A DNA stretch of 55,760 nucleotides, filler included, from Squatina squatina (taxonomy: Eukaryota): NCBI GenBank assembly GCA_031763465.1. It is 3 parts of 3 records of this genome, joined end to end, with 100 filler letters (N's around TTAATTAATTAA, not from the genome) between each part and the next. Parts side by side here need not be neighbours in the genome. Positions count along the whole stretch, not along the records: positions 1 to 27,156 come from JARFOE010000162.1; positions 27,257 to 41,544 come from JARFOE010000001.1; 1 more part is not named here. The stretch is one strand, 5' to 3'. Shown here piece after piece: positions 13,401 through 27,341 of the stretch; the stretch's first letter is position 1, and each line of letters opens with the position of its first letter. A model generated the notes under the pieces. It was not told the DNA's origin and made no database searches. It worked only from the letters and a program-made list of their open reading frames with translations. Made by a program: the position numbers and the translations under genes.

Positions 13401-16400
13401 ATTTTAATGGCTCGGATTTTGCAGTGGTAATGACCGCAAGCTATCAGCGTTCACCTTCATTACCTCTCTGAAGCTGATCGTAACTTCAGGATTTAGCGCA
13501 TGCACAGCTACTGTGGAACTCCAACAATCAGTGAAATCAATTGAACTGATGAAATGTTGAGCTTTTCTGTTGTAATATCACTGGTAAACACCCCATAAAA
13601 AGTTAAGCCTTGTTGGAATAGGTATAACTGGGGTTTTAATAGCGTATTGACTGCTGAACAACTGTTCTGACCCTGAAAACCGAATGTTATTTTTGTGGAA
13701 TGTCAATTTTCTCCATTATGATAGAAAATTNNNNNNNNNNNNNNNNNNNNNNNNNNNNNNNNNNNNNNNNNNNNNNNNNNNNNNNNNNNNNNNNNNNNNN
13801 NNNNNNNNNNNNNNNNNNNNNNNNNNNNNNAGTTCACTGCAAGAGTGTCTTTGCTCATGATGTTTCTGGATGCTTCTGCATTTGTCTGACTTGTCATTTT
13901 TGGGAAAGTGGCTTAGGATAAATGCATAGTAATGTATTTGTACAAAATTAGTTTGTCTCCTATTTTAACAGAAGCATTATCCTATTCATTTACCAAAATT
14001 CTATACAAACTCATTATTAATATCACACTGAGTAACACCAATTCTATTATCTTTGATTTGGCTTCCTCCCATTCTAAGAAGTCTTCAAAAGGACTTCGCC
14101 TGGTTAAACTTAACAGTAAGCATTTACAGAAGACAGAGATGAATTTAAAAAGATGGAAAAACCTTCCAATATCTCTAAGAAATAACGTCGGAGTCTGTGT
14201 GAAACATTGAGATTTTCGGCCATTTTGCCATGGAAGAATCTAAACTTGATTTCATTTTGAGAGCAGCTGGGAATAGTTCTGAGGAGCCTCCACCGAAGGG
14301 AGTGATAGCCAGTTTAATCACTTGCTTTACTGGCCAATACCTATAGAGGGAAGAAGTCATTGGTCTAACTTCTTGTCCAGGGAGAGAACAAATGAGGCAG
14401 GAAAATGCATATTCTAAGTGAGTGCAAGAACAGCTGCTGAGGAAAACAGGTAGAAGGCCATTTTACCTTAAGAACACAGACAACTGGACCCAGAGCAATC
14501 CTAGGCCTAAAGCAGGAAAAAGGCTGACCAGAAAAAGTTAAATTAGCCAACTATAAGGATGGTGCGACATTCTTTGTTGTTTTACATGTTATGGGGAGCA
14601 TTGTAGAAGAGTGCTAAAAGTGTAGATTTACTACTGCGTTCAGTTAGATATCATTCGTAAAATAAATCAGCTTCTTGGTTTTTCATTGACCTTGTCTCAC
14701 CGAAGTCACAATATCCAGCTTATATAACATAAGGTTAAGTGTTACAGCTGCGGGGCATGCTGTTACACTACTAGATATTGGGCCATAAACTTCTAATTGT
14801 AAGAAATGAGAGAGTTTTNNNNNNNNNNNNNNNNNNNNNNNNNNNNNNNNNNNNNNNNNNNNNNNNNNNNNNNNNNNNNNNNNNNNNNNNNNNNNNNNNN
14901 NNNNNNNNNNNNNNNNNNTGTGCTCCAGCCTCAAGACTACCCATGACAAAGTCATGGCACATCAGCTGCTAAATTCATATTGGCTAAAGGAGAATGTCTC
15001 ATCTGAGACCTGTCAGCTAATATATTTTACTTATTAGGATTGTAATTTCACTTTACTTACTTATTGAGTGCTCATGTGCCAAGGGTTCAGCATTCACATT
15101 TCCTACATACCCAATGGGTTACCTACTTAATGATACAAAATAGTAATACCGTTTAATATTTCTTAATGGGATTCCTAACTGCACTTTGAATTGCCACAAA
15201 ATCCTGCAGGACTTACTAAGTCTTCTGTGGTATCCTATTATATTTCATAAGATATGACAAATCTATGGCTTTATAATGTATCATCCAATATCTCATAAGA
15301 TTTGCTCTAGATATCTTTATGGATCCCAAAGGAGACTTTTGCTGTAGCTCTATTTACCTGACTCATTCTCGTTCCCTCTATTTATCTATCTTACTACAAT
15401 GGCCAATAAGCCTGATAGCAGTATAAATAACAAAGTTGCATTAACCTTCTGAGTATTGCATTCCACAGTATTTCATCACACACGAGCCAAAGACACGACT
15501 TTATTCAAGGATAACTCTGAAATTTATAAAGAAACTGATCAGAAAAAAAGATTATTTTCTTCCATTATATTTTTTCTTGTTCCATTTTTTTCTCCCTCTC
15601 ACCACATCTGTAAGTTGTTCAAAACTAGCAGGAAGAGACAAGTTTTCATAATTGAGTGTTATAGGTTAATAGAAATTGTGCCTCAAAAAAACAGCTTCAA
15701 AGCAATATTATACCGACTGTAGAATTCGATACAAAATGGATAATATTTGGGCAAGCCAGTACCACAAAATGGAAGACAACCAGATGTACAAAATCCACAG
15801 AGCAGGACAGGCAGGTGTNNNNNNNNNNNNNNNNNNNNNNNNNNNNNNNNNNNNNNNNNNNNNNNNNNNNNNNNNNNNNNNNNNNNNNNNNNNNNNNNNN
15901 NNNNNNNNNNNNNNNNNNTGACTGAATATTTCAATTGTTGTACTGCAGTTCACCCAATCATATTAGTGGTGGAACTAACACTGATGATAATAGAATTTTT
16001 CCCATTAAGTACTACCTTAATTTGCAATGGAGATTAACTGCAATTTAATTCACATTTTATGTCTCACATGCAGATTAGGAGAGTTGCAAAAATATTTAAT
16101 CAGGTCAGGAGATAGTGAGAGCATATGGGAGAGAAAAAAATAAAGAGAGCGTATGTGAGAGAAAAAAAATTAAAAAATTAAGAGAATCTAACATTAAAGA
16201 AGAATATTATTTTATTACAGAGAGGAAACTGATATCCTGCATGCTGAAGGAAACAGTAGCTTTGTGTTTGGAAGATGCAGAGAGAGGGGTCGGCAGCTCA
16301 AGAGACAGAGTAAACTCGCCTTGCAAATATCGGGTATTGTTATTGGCTGGCACGAGCCCATCTACTCATTTTCTTACCTACATGCTACTTTCTGGTTTAA

Positions 16401-19400
16401 AATTCCATTCATCTTTGAAGTACCTTATTTAAAGTGAATTTGTTTTTGAGCTATAGACTGAAGTATAAAACATCTTGTCTTGGAAGTGCTTTGAATGTGT
16501 CAGGTTTTGCAATATCATTTTATCCTGTATTTTTATTCATTTGATCAATTACATTTGTTTTATTTGATATTACTTTTTCTTTGTGTGAGCTACAGCAACT
16601 ATCTGGAGCCTGGAGGCAATATTCTAATTAATTTGTCAAGGTCTACTGAGAGCAAAATGAAACACTAGAATCACAAAGCCAGGGTCCTTGAGCAGAAAAT
16701 TCACTGTGTGTCATTTTTTAAATTTGGAAATACATCTCTGTCCTAACAGCTGCCCCTAGCTGGTAATTGGTCAAGCAAGGTAATGAAATTAGTTCCTTTA
16801 GTTGATGTTGGTCCTGTTTAATATATTATACACTTTATGGCCAGGGGTGCTAACAGCAGTATAAAATAGAATTGTAAGGCACACTATTATAATTGATTAC
16901 ACTGACGAAGTTTGCATAAGTAGATGATTCACTGGCCCTTTCAATGAAANNNNNNNNNNNNNNNNNNNNNNNNNNNNNNNNNNNNNNNNNNNNNNNNNNN
17001 NNNNNNNNNNNNNNNNNNNNNNNNNNNNNNNNNNNNNNNNNNNNNNNNNACTAAGTTAAGTGCTGTGAGCCCTCTGAGCCCCCGATGATGCCCCCATTGT
17101 CTCTGGTTGTCGGGGACCATCCCCAGTGGTTGCCAGCTAGCTGGCTTTCCCTCCTGACAGCCAGCCAGCCCCTCAGTATGACTGGCTGTGGGCAGGAAAT
17201 GGAAGTAAAAAATGATAATATAGTCTTGCCGGTAGGACCTCTGCCTCCCCAGTCGCGTCGAGTTCTTCATCCACTTCCACTCGCCCCACCTCTCCGTAAC
17301 TATCGAGGTCATTGAGTTCAGAAATAACTTGCAAATGGAATGTTCACGCAGATCACCGAGATTTTGCAGCAGGAGAGAGAAGAAAGGGAAGGTGAAGCTA
17401 ATCTGGTGGAGGAACTATTGTCCTTCTCACAAAATTTACAGAGCAGTTCCTTGGCATTGACAGAACAGCACTGTGGTTGTTATTGCCTCAGGAGAGATGT
17501 ACCTAATGATATATAACATCAGTCACATGCTGATTGGCATTCACCTTCGCTGGTAACTGTCACCTGTGAAGATAACAACAGCGATGGATTTCTTTGCCAT
17601 AGACTGCTTCCAGGCCTCTTAAGGGGTTGATTATATTGGCATCTTGCAGCCCACAATGTTGAACTGCATCCAAGAGACCACAGATAAGCTGATCTAAAAC
17701 GTAGCAAGATTCACATGTTTCCTAAAATCTAAAAGACTAAATCTGAAGGATTTGTAACCTATCACAAAGTGATGTGACATATATAAATTGTAAAAGTTAC
17801 CACTCCGTGACCATGCAGGTTGTGTGCAATGCACCAAATTGTTTTGGAAACCTCACAGGGTTAACCTGTGACTTTGTTTGCTTGACAATAGTCCAGAATC
17901 CCAAATGTATTTGAGAGAGATGACTTGATTCTTGGTTATTTTGCTGAGTTATCATAAATCAGCATGGGAAACTATAAAAAGAACACTTGCACTGCTGAAA
18001 TTAAGACACCGATAGTTGGAGAGAATGTAAGGAGTCCCTGCTGTATATACTGCATACACAATTCCCTTTTGTTGAATTAACAGTATGGTATTGTTGTAAA
18101 TTATATCAGTAAGTGCCAGCTACCTCATCACACAGTAGAGTCTTCCTGCAAGNNNNNNNNNNNNNNNNNNNNNNNNNNNNNNNNNNNNNNNNNNNNNNNN
18201 NNNNNNNNNNNNNNNNNNNNNNNNNNNNNNNNNNNNNNNNNNNNNNNNNNNNGCCCAAACTTCTTTTGAGGTCTCCAAAGAGCAAGACCAATTCCTGAAA
18301 CAATGCAGGTAGAGCCGCATACAGATTCATACAGATTTCATCAGGCCAATTGGGACCCTTACTTTTCACCTTTGGGATCGGGCTTCAAATTCAGCTCAGG
18401 CTCTTGGGACGGACATCCCTTTCTTGTTAAGGTCTTGTGTGAAATGAGCTTGTGCTGTCTCAATCTAGTTCCTCATAGGCCTTTGGCTTCATCACAAAAC
18501 TGTCCCTAATTCGGCACTAATTGGCAATCTCATTCAAAGAATCCACAGACTGTCCGATGTGGGACATGGAACCAATATCACACTGGTGCAGGTTTGGGCT
18601 GAGAAACACTGTTAGCGTAGNNNNNNNNNNGGACCGCTTGTTGCTGCCAATAAGAAGAGTTCCATTTCACAGCACTAACGTCCTTCACTTAATGAACATA
18701 AAGAAAATGCAATTCCATCAGCATGTCCTTTTCTGGGTACTCAACTTCAATTCCCACATTGATAGAGCAAGTTTTATTTCACAATTTGAGTGATGATTTA
18801 TATATCATACAAATATGGTGGTTATGAATAATCTTGCTGATAAAAGACATATGGAATGCAGAAATCTTTGGTGTCTAATTGGCAGAAGAATACTGGCAGG
18901 CTTTCAAGGGTTACAAGGACTCGCTTGACATTTATAGTATCTTACAACTCAATTCTGTGACCTAGTTGAAAAAGATGAGCATAATGTCATCTGAGCTGCT
19001 GCCATCAATGACATCAGATGGTAATTTATTACATTTTACAGGTTTTGGGTTATTGACCCAGCCAGGAAACTATATGACAACGCTGAAACGTTCTGACAGA
19101 AAGACAACTTGAATTTTTCATGAAACGTATCGGCTGGCTAAACAATAGACTGTGAAGTGACAGCAGTAACCAGATTAGGNNNNNNNNNNNNNNNNNNNNN
19201 NNNNNNNNNNNNNNNNNNNNNNNNNNNNNNNNNNNNNNNNNNNNNNNNNNNNNNNNNNNNNNNNNNNNNNNNNNNNNNNCGCAGCGCAATCCAATTGGGG
19301 CCCCAATTTACACTCATTTAAGAATAAAAATGTTGGGGAATTCAAACAGCTTTAGAATGTAACATATGGGGAATAATCTTGCCTCATTACAGTACTGCTG

Positions 19401-22400
19401 GTGCATGCTAGTGCATTTAAAATGAACATAAAGTTGCCAGCTGGGAGATAGTTGAGCATGCTGCACGCCTAACCGTAGAAATTAAGGCATCTGCCCTCGC
19501 TTGTATCTAAAATTGCAGGTAGTCTATTAATTTATATATTCTGAGACTACATTTGAGTTGCTAATTTACATTCAGATAGTTAACTGCATGCTTACAAGAG
19601 ATGAAAACTAAGTTCAGAGACCTTATGAATTAATAACAATTGATGTTAAATATTCTGAGTAAAGAGCCTTTGTCACAATCTCCTGTTTGGGAAAATAAAC
19701 CATTCAGCCTTAAGATATTGCTGTTTACTGGGCTCTGGCACAGACTCTGATATATATTCTTGCTGTTTAGCATAAATTTGTTTCATGGTTTTAAAATACA
19801 ATTTGCATTTAACTAACAAATATATTNNNNNNNNNNNNNNNNNNNNNNNNNNNNNNNNNNNNNNNNNNNNNNNNNNNNNNNNNNNNNNNNNNNNNNNNNN
19901 NNNNNNNNNNNNNNNNNNNNNNNNNNGCTTTAAAATACAGCTCACATTTCCTGGGAATCATATGTTTTTAAAGTTATGGGGCTTGTATGAGATACAACCA
20001 GTGCCGAAACAATAGCAATAGTTTTAATAGTCTTTAAACGTTATTTAATGTGATTGTCACATTACTTCTCCCAGTTTAAAAATGAGCAACAGACACATTA
20101 TGCATATGTATTTGAACAAAGCAAGCATTTTATAGAAAAATAATGATGGACTGATAGAAATATTTGGTAGTTGTGAAGGAAGTCATACATTTTGGGGATG
20201 CAATGTCTATTATATCATGCCATTAATTCTTGGCTGCATTTCAATTGCTGTTCTTATCGCCCTATCCTCTTTCTCGCTTTGAGGCCTACTGTGCTCAATA
20301 ACATATTCTCTGTCTCTTTATCTCTTTCTGCACACCACACCATGCTGTCGCTCTTTCGCTCTCTCTCTCCGTTAATCAGCTAGGTTTTACTTTCAACGTA
20401 TGTCATTAACAGAATTGAGCAGATTCCATGCGTTAGGCTATTCATCTATCTGTTAGATGCCAGTTCAGAAGGTCACTCATCAAGTTTAGTGAATGTACTG
20501 AACCATATAACTCATTCCTCAAAATGTTAGCAAATCCCAAGCCTGCTGGAAATATATGAAGAATAATGAATAGCACAGATTCATTGCAAGGCAGTAATGT
20601 AATCCAGAGACCCGATAACATCACAAGCCACATCGGCTGCTCGTAATCACGCGATTATCTTNNNNNNNNNNNNNNNNNNNNNNNNNNNNNNNNNNNNNNN
20701 NNNNNNNNNNNNNNNNNNNNNNNNNNNNNNNNNNNNNNNNNNNNNNNNNNNNNNNNNNNNNAGCAAGACAGGCTTAACTATATAACAATGTCTAGCATTT
20801 TATTCCTTCTGCATTGTATCGTCACATTTATTACTGTGTCAGACCTTCCAACTCACCCTCATTCCTGGACAATAACCACAGTCTTTAAAAAATCTTCACT
20901 TAATAACGTTTCCTTCAGGTTGGAAGGTGTATAGCTGAAAGGAAGGTTGATAATGATCTTTCTGCAGTAATCAATGGCCGCTCTCAGTGGAATGTAATTT
21001 GTTTTCACTCTGTAGATCACATTATACAAATGAATTTCTTCCAGGAGCCTGATACAGGAGACATACACTATAGAAGTTGTTTGCACTCAGAGTTTTCCTT
21101 TAATGAACTAGTCATTAGAGTCTTTTTGGTGTTACTCTGAAGCAAAGACATGGGTGCAATTAACTTTAAGTGAACATTCAAATACAGCTTAAATAATTGC
21201 GGTTTTATATTGAAACTGAAAACCTCTATCTGTTTCCCTTCCCTGATTCACAGTGCTGTTAATCCATTGCCATTTGCTTGCACATTTTAACACCGTTGGA
21301 GCAATTTGAATGTCTCTATAATCACAGCAACACATTACAATACATCACTGTATTTAGTGTGGCAGCTTCAACGAATTGCACATAGACACTGAGGTTATAA
21401 ACAAGTCCTTGGGAGTTCCTTGCAAATATATTGTTTTTTTTAATGTAGCTTAATTGAACAGAGGGACAGACGAACCAAGCTAAGGTAAAAATAATAATTT
21501 GCAGTAAATGTGTAATATAAGATTAGTGTATCTATCTACAGTGGAGAGATGCTCAAAGCAATTTGCTTCCTGCTAATATTAAACATTCAGAGTGTTTCAG
21601 CCTACTCTGATGAAGCTTCAGGTCCACACTCAGATATGATAACAAAGGTCAAATGATACTTAATATCATCTTATTTGATGTCACCACTGTTGGCTCCTTA
21701 ATCTCATTTCACATTGAATTAACTCCTGATAAATGATTTTGTCTCACATGGCGTGGTCCTATGAAATGACTAGTCACTGCTCATTTATGACTGGAAGCAA
21801 TTTAAAAGTATTGCAGGGTGTACACATTTCTGCACTTGCTAATTTGAACTAAAAGCCTGGCTTGAATAACCAGGTGAGCAAGACTCATGGAAAACAGTAA
21901 GAAGCTTTTCAACTAATACTACTGTTCTGTANNNNNNNNNNNNNNNNNNNNNNNNNNNNNNNNNNNNNNNNNNNNNNNNNNNNNNNNNNNNNNNNNNNNN
22001 NNNNNNNNNNNNNNNNNNNNNNNNNNNNNNNGAAAAAGTATTTGGTGCAGCTTCTGTATTAATGAAGGAACTATAAATAACCCACATTACCTCAAAGTGG
22101 TCAGTGACAGTTCCATAATATTTTGAAAGGTGTTAAGGAAATTTAGTGTCCCAGTCTGAATCCTCAAAACTGGGTATTCTTCAGTATTACAATCCCTTTA
22201 AAATTAAAGCATGATAAGAAGGCCCATGAATCTGGAGGCTTACTCAGTTGTCAAAAGCTGTCACAACCCAATTTAACAAGCTGATCAGTCCTCGGAGCGA
22301 CTGAGTTGACTAAAGCAGCTCAATTAACTGAAGAATTCATAAATTCTCGGATTTGCCATAAGGAGGGATCACTACAATCTATCCTGAAAATATGGACCCA

Positions 22401-24508
22401 GAAGCTAAGGCTTGCCCAAAGTTTTATTAAATTACCTACAAAGACCAAAAACATTTCTAAGCATGAAGAGATAGCTGGAAAAACCACAGGCGAGGGCTGG
22501 GAAATCAGGCAGGGATCCATTTCCCTGGATCTGCATTCAAATCATGCAGTACGGTACTTACTGCCTAATATTTTAGGCCCACCAAAAATTCTCTTGCACA
22601 TACAAGCTTCATTCAAATACAGAATTTCATTCAAATGAGATAGAAATGAGTTCTTGTGGGTTTTCCTGCATTNNNNNNNNNNNNNNNNNNNNNNNNNNNN
22701 NNNNNNNNNNNNNNNNNNNNNNNNNNNNNNNNNNNNNNNNNNNNNNNNNNNNNNNNNNNNNNNNNNNNNNNNGTCTTGTCTCGCCATCTTTCCAATGATT
22801 CAAAATCTATTTCTTTACTTCCACAACAAGATGATGTGTAATGCAAGGGTACAAATGTAAAGTGATGAAGGTTCAGAAATGACAACTCCTTGACTCTCTT
22901 AGAAGAGGCCACCTTGGACATCGTTGCAGATAAGAGCAAATAAGAGAAGGCAAAGCCACAAGCAACCCTTAAGCTCCAGTTGCCTCCACACTTCTCACCA
23001 ACTCTCACAAAGGCATGCATTTAATCATATACATCACCTACAGTACAATGCAATGCAAGTACCTCTTGGAGTTACCATTCTAACAGTAGGTCCTTTTCTG
23101 TCATTGTAGATGTCGAGGAACAGCCTCCCAGTTGACCTGGATCAAGATAACAGCTTGCATTATTTTAAGCAAATAGGAAAGCAGCTCATTGCAAAGTGCA
23201 TTTCATTGAGCTTGTCTCATTTTCCAGCTGAAAAATTATTTTACTTGCACCTGCACATGAAATTTGGAATGCACTTTTTCAGAAACTATGAATAAAATTA
23301 ACTAGGAGAAACATCCCATTATGGAGGAGGGAGGAGGAGAATAATTCCTCTATGTACAATATGTAAGAAAACAAATAAGTCTGTTTATGAAGAATAGGTT
23401 CTCAGTATTGTTGCACCTAGCCCACAAAGGGAATCTTTACCCCAAATACTATATAATGTGCTGTTACCTGAATCAAAAATAGAAAATATCTATTGCGAAA
23501 TAACAATCTTTCAGTATAGTGTTATACTGCACTGTGTCACCTCATAAAACTTACTGATATTATGTTTGAAAGATAGTAGCAATGCTCTTCACATAACATG
23601 ACATTACTATTAGTTTTTTAGAATGAGGAATGATATAGGCCAGTGATGCATTAGACATGCTAAAGATTGCACTGACAGAAATAGGATATTTTTCTCATTT
23701 ATCACACAGAGTATGTCACCATGTTAAATAAAGCAGAAATATCTGTTTGAGATGCACTGTTTTGGAGTACAGTAATTAATTGTTTGTCCTCTTTTCTTGG
23801 CCAGCCTGGAACGTAATTCAAAGAAATCTAAGTCAAAATTCCACATCATAAGATGTGTTTCTTGTTGCTCGCATGCCTGGAGGCTGGCTTGGAAAGAGAT
23901 GGAAAACCATGAAGAAAAGCATTAGCTGAGTCAGCTGGTTGTTTATTATCACTAACACCTTTTGAGACTGAGATAAATTTTTGTTATGTAAGGGATATGG
24001 AACCAAGGTAGGTAAATGGAGTTAATTCACTGATCAATCATGATCTAGTTGAATTCCTGAGGAAGTCGTGCTCTGGTGAGGTTGCATCTCAACGAGTATG
24101 TCCAGTTCTGCTTGCCAAGAAACAAGGGAGATTTTCAACTGGAATTTAGTGTCAAATGTCAGTACTTTAACAGCAAAAGGCTTTTGGTATGTTACTGCAG
24201 TGTATCTTTGGATACATTTTTCAAAAAAAGTTTGCAGACAAAAACAGCTTGAAAAACTAGTTGTGTATAATTTTAGAGATTAGCCCCTCTTAGGTGGCAG
24301 TTAGCTCATCTGCTCTGCTCAGGAGATTATTGGAGAATTTTTATACCTAGGAGTCGAGTTTCTGCTTTGGGTGCAATTGGCGAGGGCAGTTTTCCACAGC
24401 AGCAACAGCATGACGAATCCCGGATCTGACCTGGCACGGGTTAAATGCACAGTATTGAGCTGCTTTGTCGCTAAATGTCTTGAATTAACCTCAGGAAGGC
24501 CATTCAGA

Positions 24509-24648
24509 ATTACATAGAATTTGTAACACCAAAACAGGCAGTTCGGCCCAACTGGTCTCTGCGAGTGATTATGCTCCATATGAGCTACCTGCCACCCTAC
24601 TTCCTCTAACCCAATCTGCATATTGATCTGTTTCTCCTCCATGCAAGC
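24509..24648 (-). mobile_element. CR1 LINE 3' end fragment
   Basis: catagaa...acaggcagttcggcccaac resembles the reverse-complemented CR1 3' UTR hairpin and tail. Confidence 0.6.
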
Positions 24649-24804
24649 CACTCAGTTGTAAACAACCACTACAGAAAGTCACCAAGGACTGCAGCGGTTC
24701 AAGGCGGCGGCTCATCACCACCTTCTCGAGGGCAACTAGGGATGGGTAATAAATGCTGACCTTGCCAGCGATGTCCACATCCCAGGAACATTTTTTTTAA
24801 TAAA
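24649..24804 (+). mobile_element. 3' end of an elasmobranch CR1-like LINE/SINE
   Basis: ggactgcagcggttcaaggcggcggctcatcaccaccttctcgagggcaactagggatgggtaataaatgctgacc matches a common shark retroposon tail as I recall it. Confidence 0.7.
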
Positions 24805-24921
24805 GTGTTAGGTCTGCTGTCAATCTGATCTTTCTCTCTCCTACTTAACACCATTCATTAAATGGTCTGTTCTTTTTTCCTTCTAGCATGTAAGGCCTTG
24901 CCTTAGTAACAGCCCAAGTAC

Positions 24922-25052
24922 ATTTTCTCTGGAAAAGAAGAGGCCAAGAGGTGCCCTAATGGAGGCCTTTAAAACGATAAAAAGGGTTTGATAGGATAGT
25001 CATAGAGAAGATGTTTCACTTACGGGGCAGTCCAAAATTAAGGGTCATAAAT
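24922..25052 (+). mobile_element. CR1 LINE ORF2 C-terminal fragment (frameshifted)
   Basis: FSLEKKRPRGALMEAFKTIK/GFDRIVIEKMF...KIKGH corresponds to the CR1 FSLEKRRLRGDLIE..KI.KG.D...TRGH motif. Confidence 0.8.
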
Positions 25053-25360
25053 CTTTTATCTCAATTCTTCTGCTGGCCACTTGTAAATATTGTCCCAAGC
25101 CTTGCTGCTGTTCCTTAGCTGCTTCATCAGACTCAACTGCCTTAAACTAAACTTAGTTTACTCCACCTGTCAACATGCAGAATATTTATGAATCCAGATT
25201 ATCCATGTAGATTAGTAGCAACACCACGCACTGATCCCTGCAGCTCTCCACTGCCCCGTTCCAATCCAACATCATTTCCAGAACTAGTCCCTCCCAAGGC
25301 ACTCTATACATCACTCCTAAAACTAGTGCTCTCTCTCAGCCAATTCCTTTTCTACCTTAG

Positions 25361-25700
25361 AAACAAAATACTGCAGATACTAGAATCTGAAATAAAAGCA
25401 GAATGCTGGAAATACTCAGGTCAGGCAGCATCTGTGGAGAGAGAAACCGAGTTAATGTTTCAGGTCAGTGACCCTTCGTCAGAACTGGAAAGAGTTAGAA
25501 ATGTAGCAGGTTTTTAAGCATGTGCAAGGGCAGGGAAAGGGAGGCGCGGGGGAGAGGAAGGAACAAAAAGGGAAGGTCTGTGATAGGATGGGAGGCAGAA
25601 GAGATTAAGGGACATTAAGAGATGGTGCAAGACAAAAGGTGGTGGTAATGGGCAAGTTAAGAAAGAAAAGATGAATCTAGATGGGGTGTAAATCAGCAAC
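25361..25700 (-). mobile_element. Penelope-like element terminal repeat region
   Basis: The minus strand reads ttctgacgaagggtcactgacctgaaacattaactcggtttctctctccacagatgctgcctgacctgagtatttccagcattc, preceded by a pyrimidine-rich tract. This is typical of shark Penelope ends as I recall them. Confidence 0.75.
25450..25486 (-). ncRNA. Minimal hammerhead ribozyme motif (degenerate) in Penelope terminal repeat
   Basis: AGUU-CUGACGA-AG-GGUC acu GACC-U-GAAAC-AUU-AACU contains the CUGANGA and GAAA cores, stem I AGUU/AACU and stem II GGUC/GACC. Stem III is vestigial. Confidence 0.6.
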
Positions 25701-27156
25701 AGCAGTTAGAGGGAAAGAAAAACACACAATAACTAAATACATTTTTAAAATATATGAAAAAAGGGGCTGGGGAAGAGGGTAAGACTGGGGAAGTCAAGGG
25801 CCACTTCCTGCTGGTCTCGGAATGCACGAGGGAGAAACGCCCTTATGATTGACTCCCTTCTTGGCCAAGTTGGGCGAAGTACCAGGTGGGATGTGGGAGG
25901 AAGAATTTCTCTGATCTCTGTCACCTTAGTGACCACAATGCTCCATCTGGAACTGACCAGGATGACATTGGAGAGGCGGTCAGAATGAAGATGATAGAAA
26001 CCAAGAACACGAACAGGATCTGGACAGTGAAGAGATTTTGGTCACACTGGCCTATGTTCGCTCTGCTCTTCTCGTATTGTGACGTGATACAGAGCAGCGC
26101 ACACATACAGGACTAGGCCCTAAGTAAGGTTGACCGAGTCTTGCCTTCATACTGTCAGAGAAAGTCAGTTCAAATTCGGATTCCACAGCGCTTTGGTGAA
26201 AACATATGCGATTGCTACACAATTTTAATGTAGATGTATTTTTAATTTTAATTAAATGTTTTATTTTTTCAATGTTTAACAAACTTTCAGCATTTTTGTT
26301 TTGCTGTCATGGTGTTACACCGGCCATGGAATATAGCAGGCAAATCACGTTTGCTCAAATACGCCCGTTGTATGCAGTGAGGACTTTACAGAGCCAGGGA
26401 AAAAGATGGGGGGNNNNNNNNNNNNNNNNNNNNNNNNNNNNNNNNNNNNNNNNNNNNNNNNNNNNNNNNNNNNNNNNNNNNNNNNNNNNNNNNNNNNNNN
26501 NNNNNNNNNNNNNGCAACTAACCTGTAAGTGGTTCATGATTCCTTTAAGTAGTGCTGGTGGGGGATCCTTCATGCTGTTGAATGCATGTTCAGCTGTGCG
26601 AGGTTAAGAGAGGATGCTGGTTGGAGCGTGGCATTCAAAAATGGCACTGCGGGCCTCAATAGCGTTGCACACTGATTGACATCATAATCTACCAACTCCG
26701 CATGCTGCTGATGGTCGTCATATGTGGGCGTGAAAACTACTGTACCAAGATGGCGTCTGGTCCATTTCCCATCAGAGGTATGTGCGCTTCTAGGGCCCAA
26801 TTTTTTACCTTTCGAGGCCGATTAGTGCCTGCAAAACAGGCGTTAAATAGCTGAATTGCTCCATCAATACTTTTCACATGGGGTGAGCTTTTCATTAATT
26901 AATTCATTGATCAGCTGACAATTCTGATGACTGGAATCATCTACAGGTATGAAGCTCAAAATGTCCATTTATTTTGAAAGAATAAATTATACAGATAAAA
27001 TGTTTATCAGTTCATAGGTTCACAATAATCCTGATTTATATTATTCATTGTTACCTCAGTAATACTTGATAGTGAATGCTTTAACACAAGATACTTCAAA
27101 CTGCCAAAAAACATAATTGGATTGTATATCAAAAACATATATGGCATTTATGAACT

Positions 27157-27256
27157 NNNNNNNNNNNNNNNNNNNNNNNNNNNNNNNNNNNNNNNNNNNN
27201 TTAATTAATTAANNNNNNNNNNNNNNNNNNNNNNNNNNNNNNNNNNNNNNNNNNNN
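27157..27256. other. Artificial scaffold-joining spacer
   Basis: Exactly 44 N + TTAATTAATTAA (stop codons in all six frames) + 44 N = 100 bp. Confidence 0.97.
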
Positions 27257-27341
27257 TTTTGTGTTGTTTCCACGTTTGGTTTGGACAAGACATTCCCAGT
27301 TTCCAGTGGAACCCATTTGGATATTTGGGATAGTTAGAGTA
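27257..27341 (-). CDS. ADGRA3: Adhesion GPCR A3 (GPR125), second Ig-domain exon, truncated by scaffold end
   Basis: Acceptor ttctaaatgcag|, phase 2. (S)TLTIPNIQMGSTGNWECLVQTKRGNNTK matches the remembered human SALTISNIQAGSTGNWGCHVQTKRGNNTR. Phase is compatible with the upstream exon. Confidence 0.93.

Noticed and set aside
17085-17520. Proline- and glutamate-rich open stretches
   Set aside because: They fall in different frames with stops between them, and have no convincing splice pair or recognisable domain.
21607-21613. CTGATGA hammerhead-like core
   Set aside because: No stem II plus GAAA at the proper spacing downstream.
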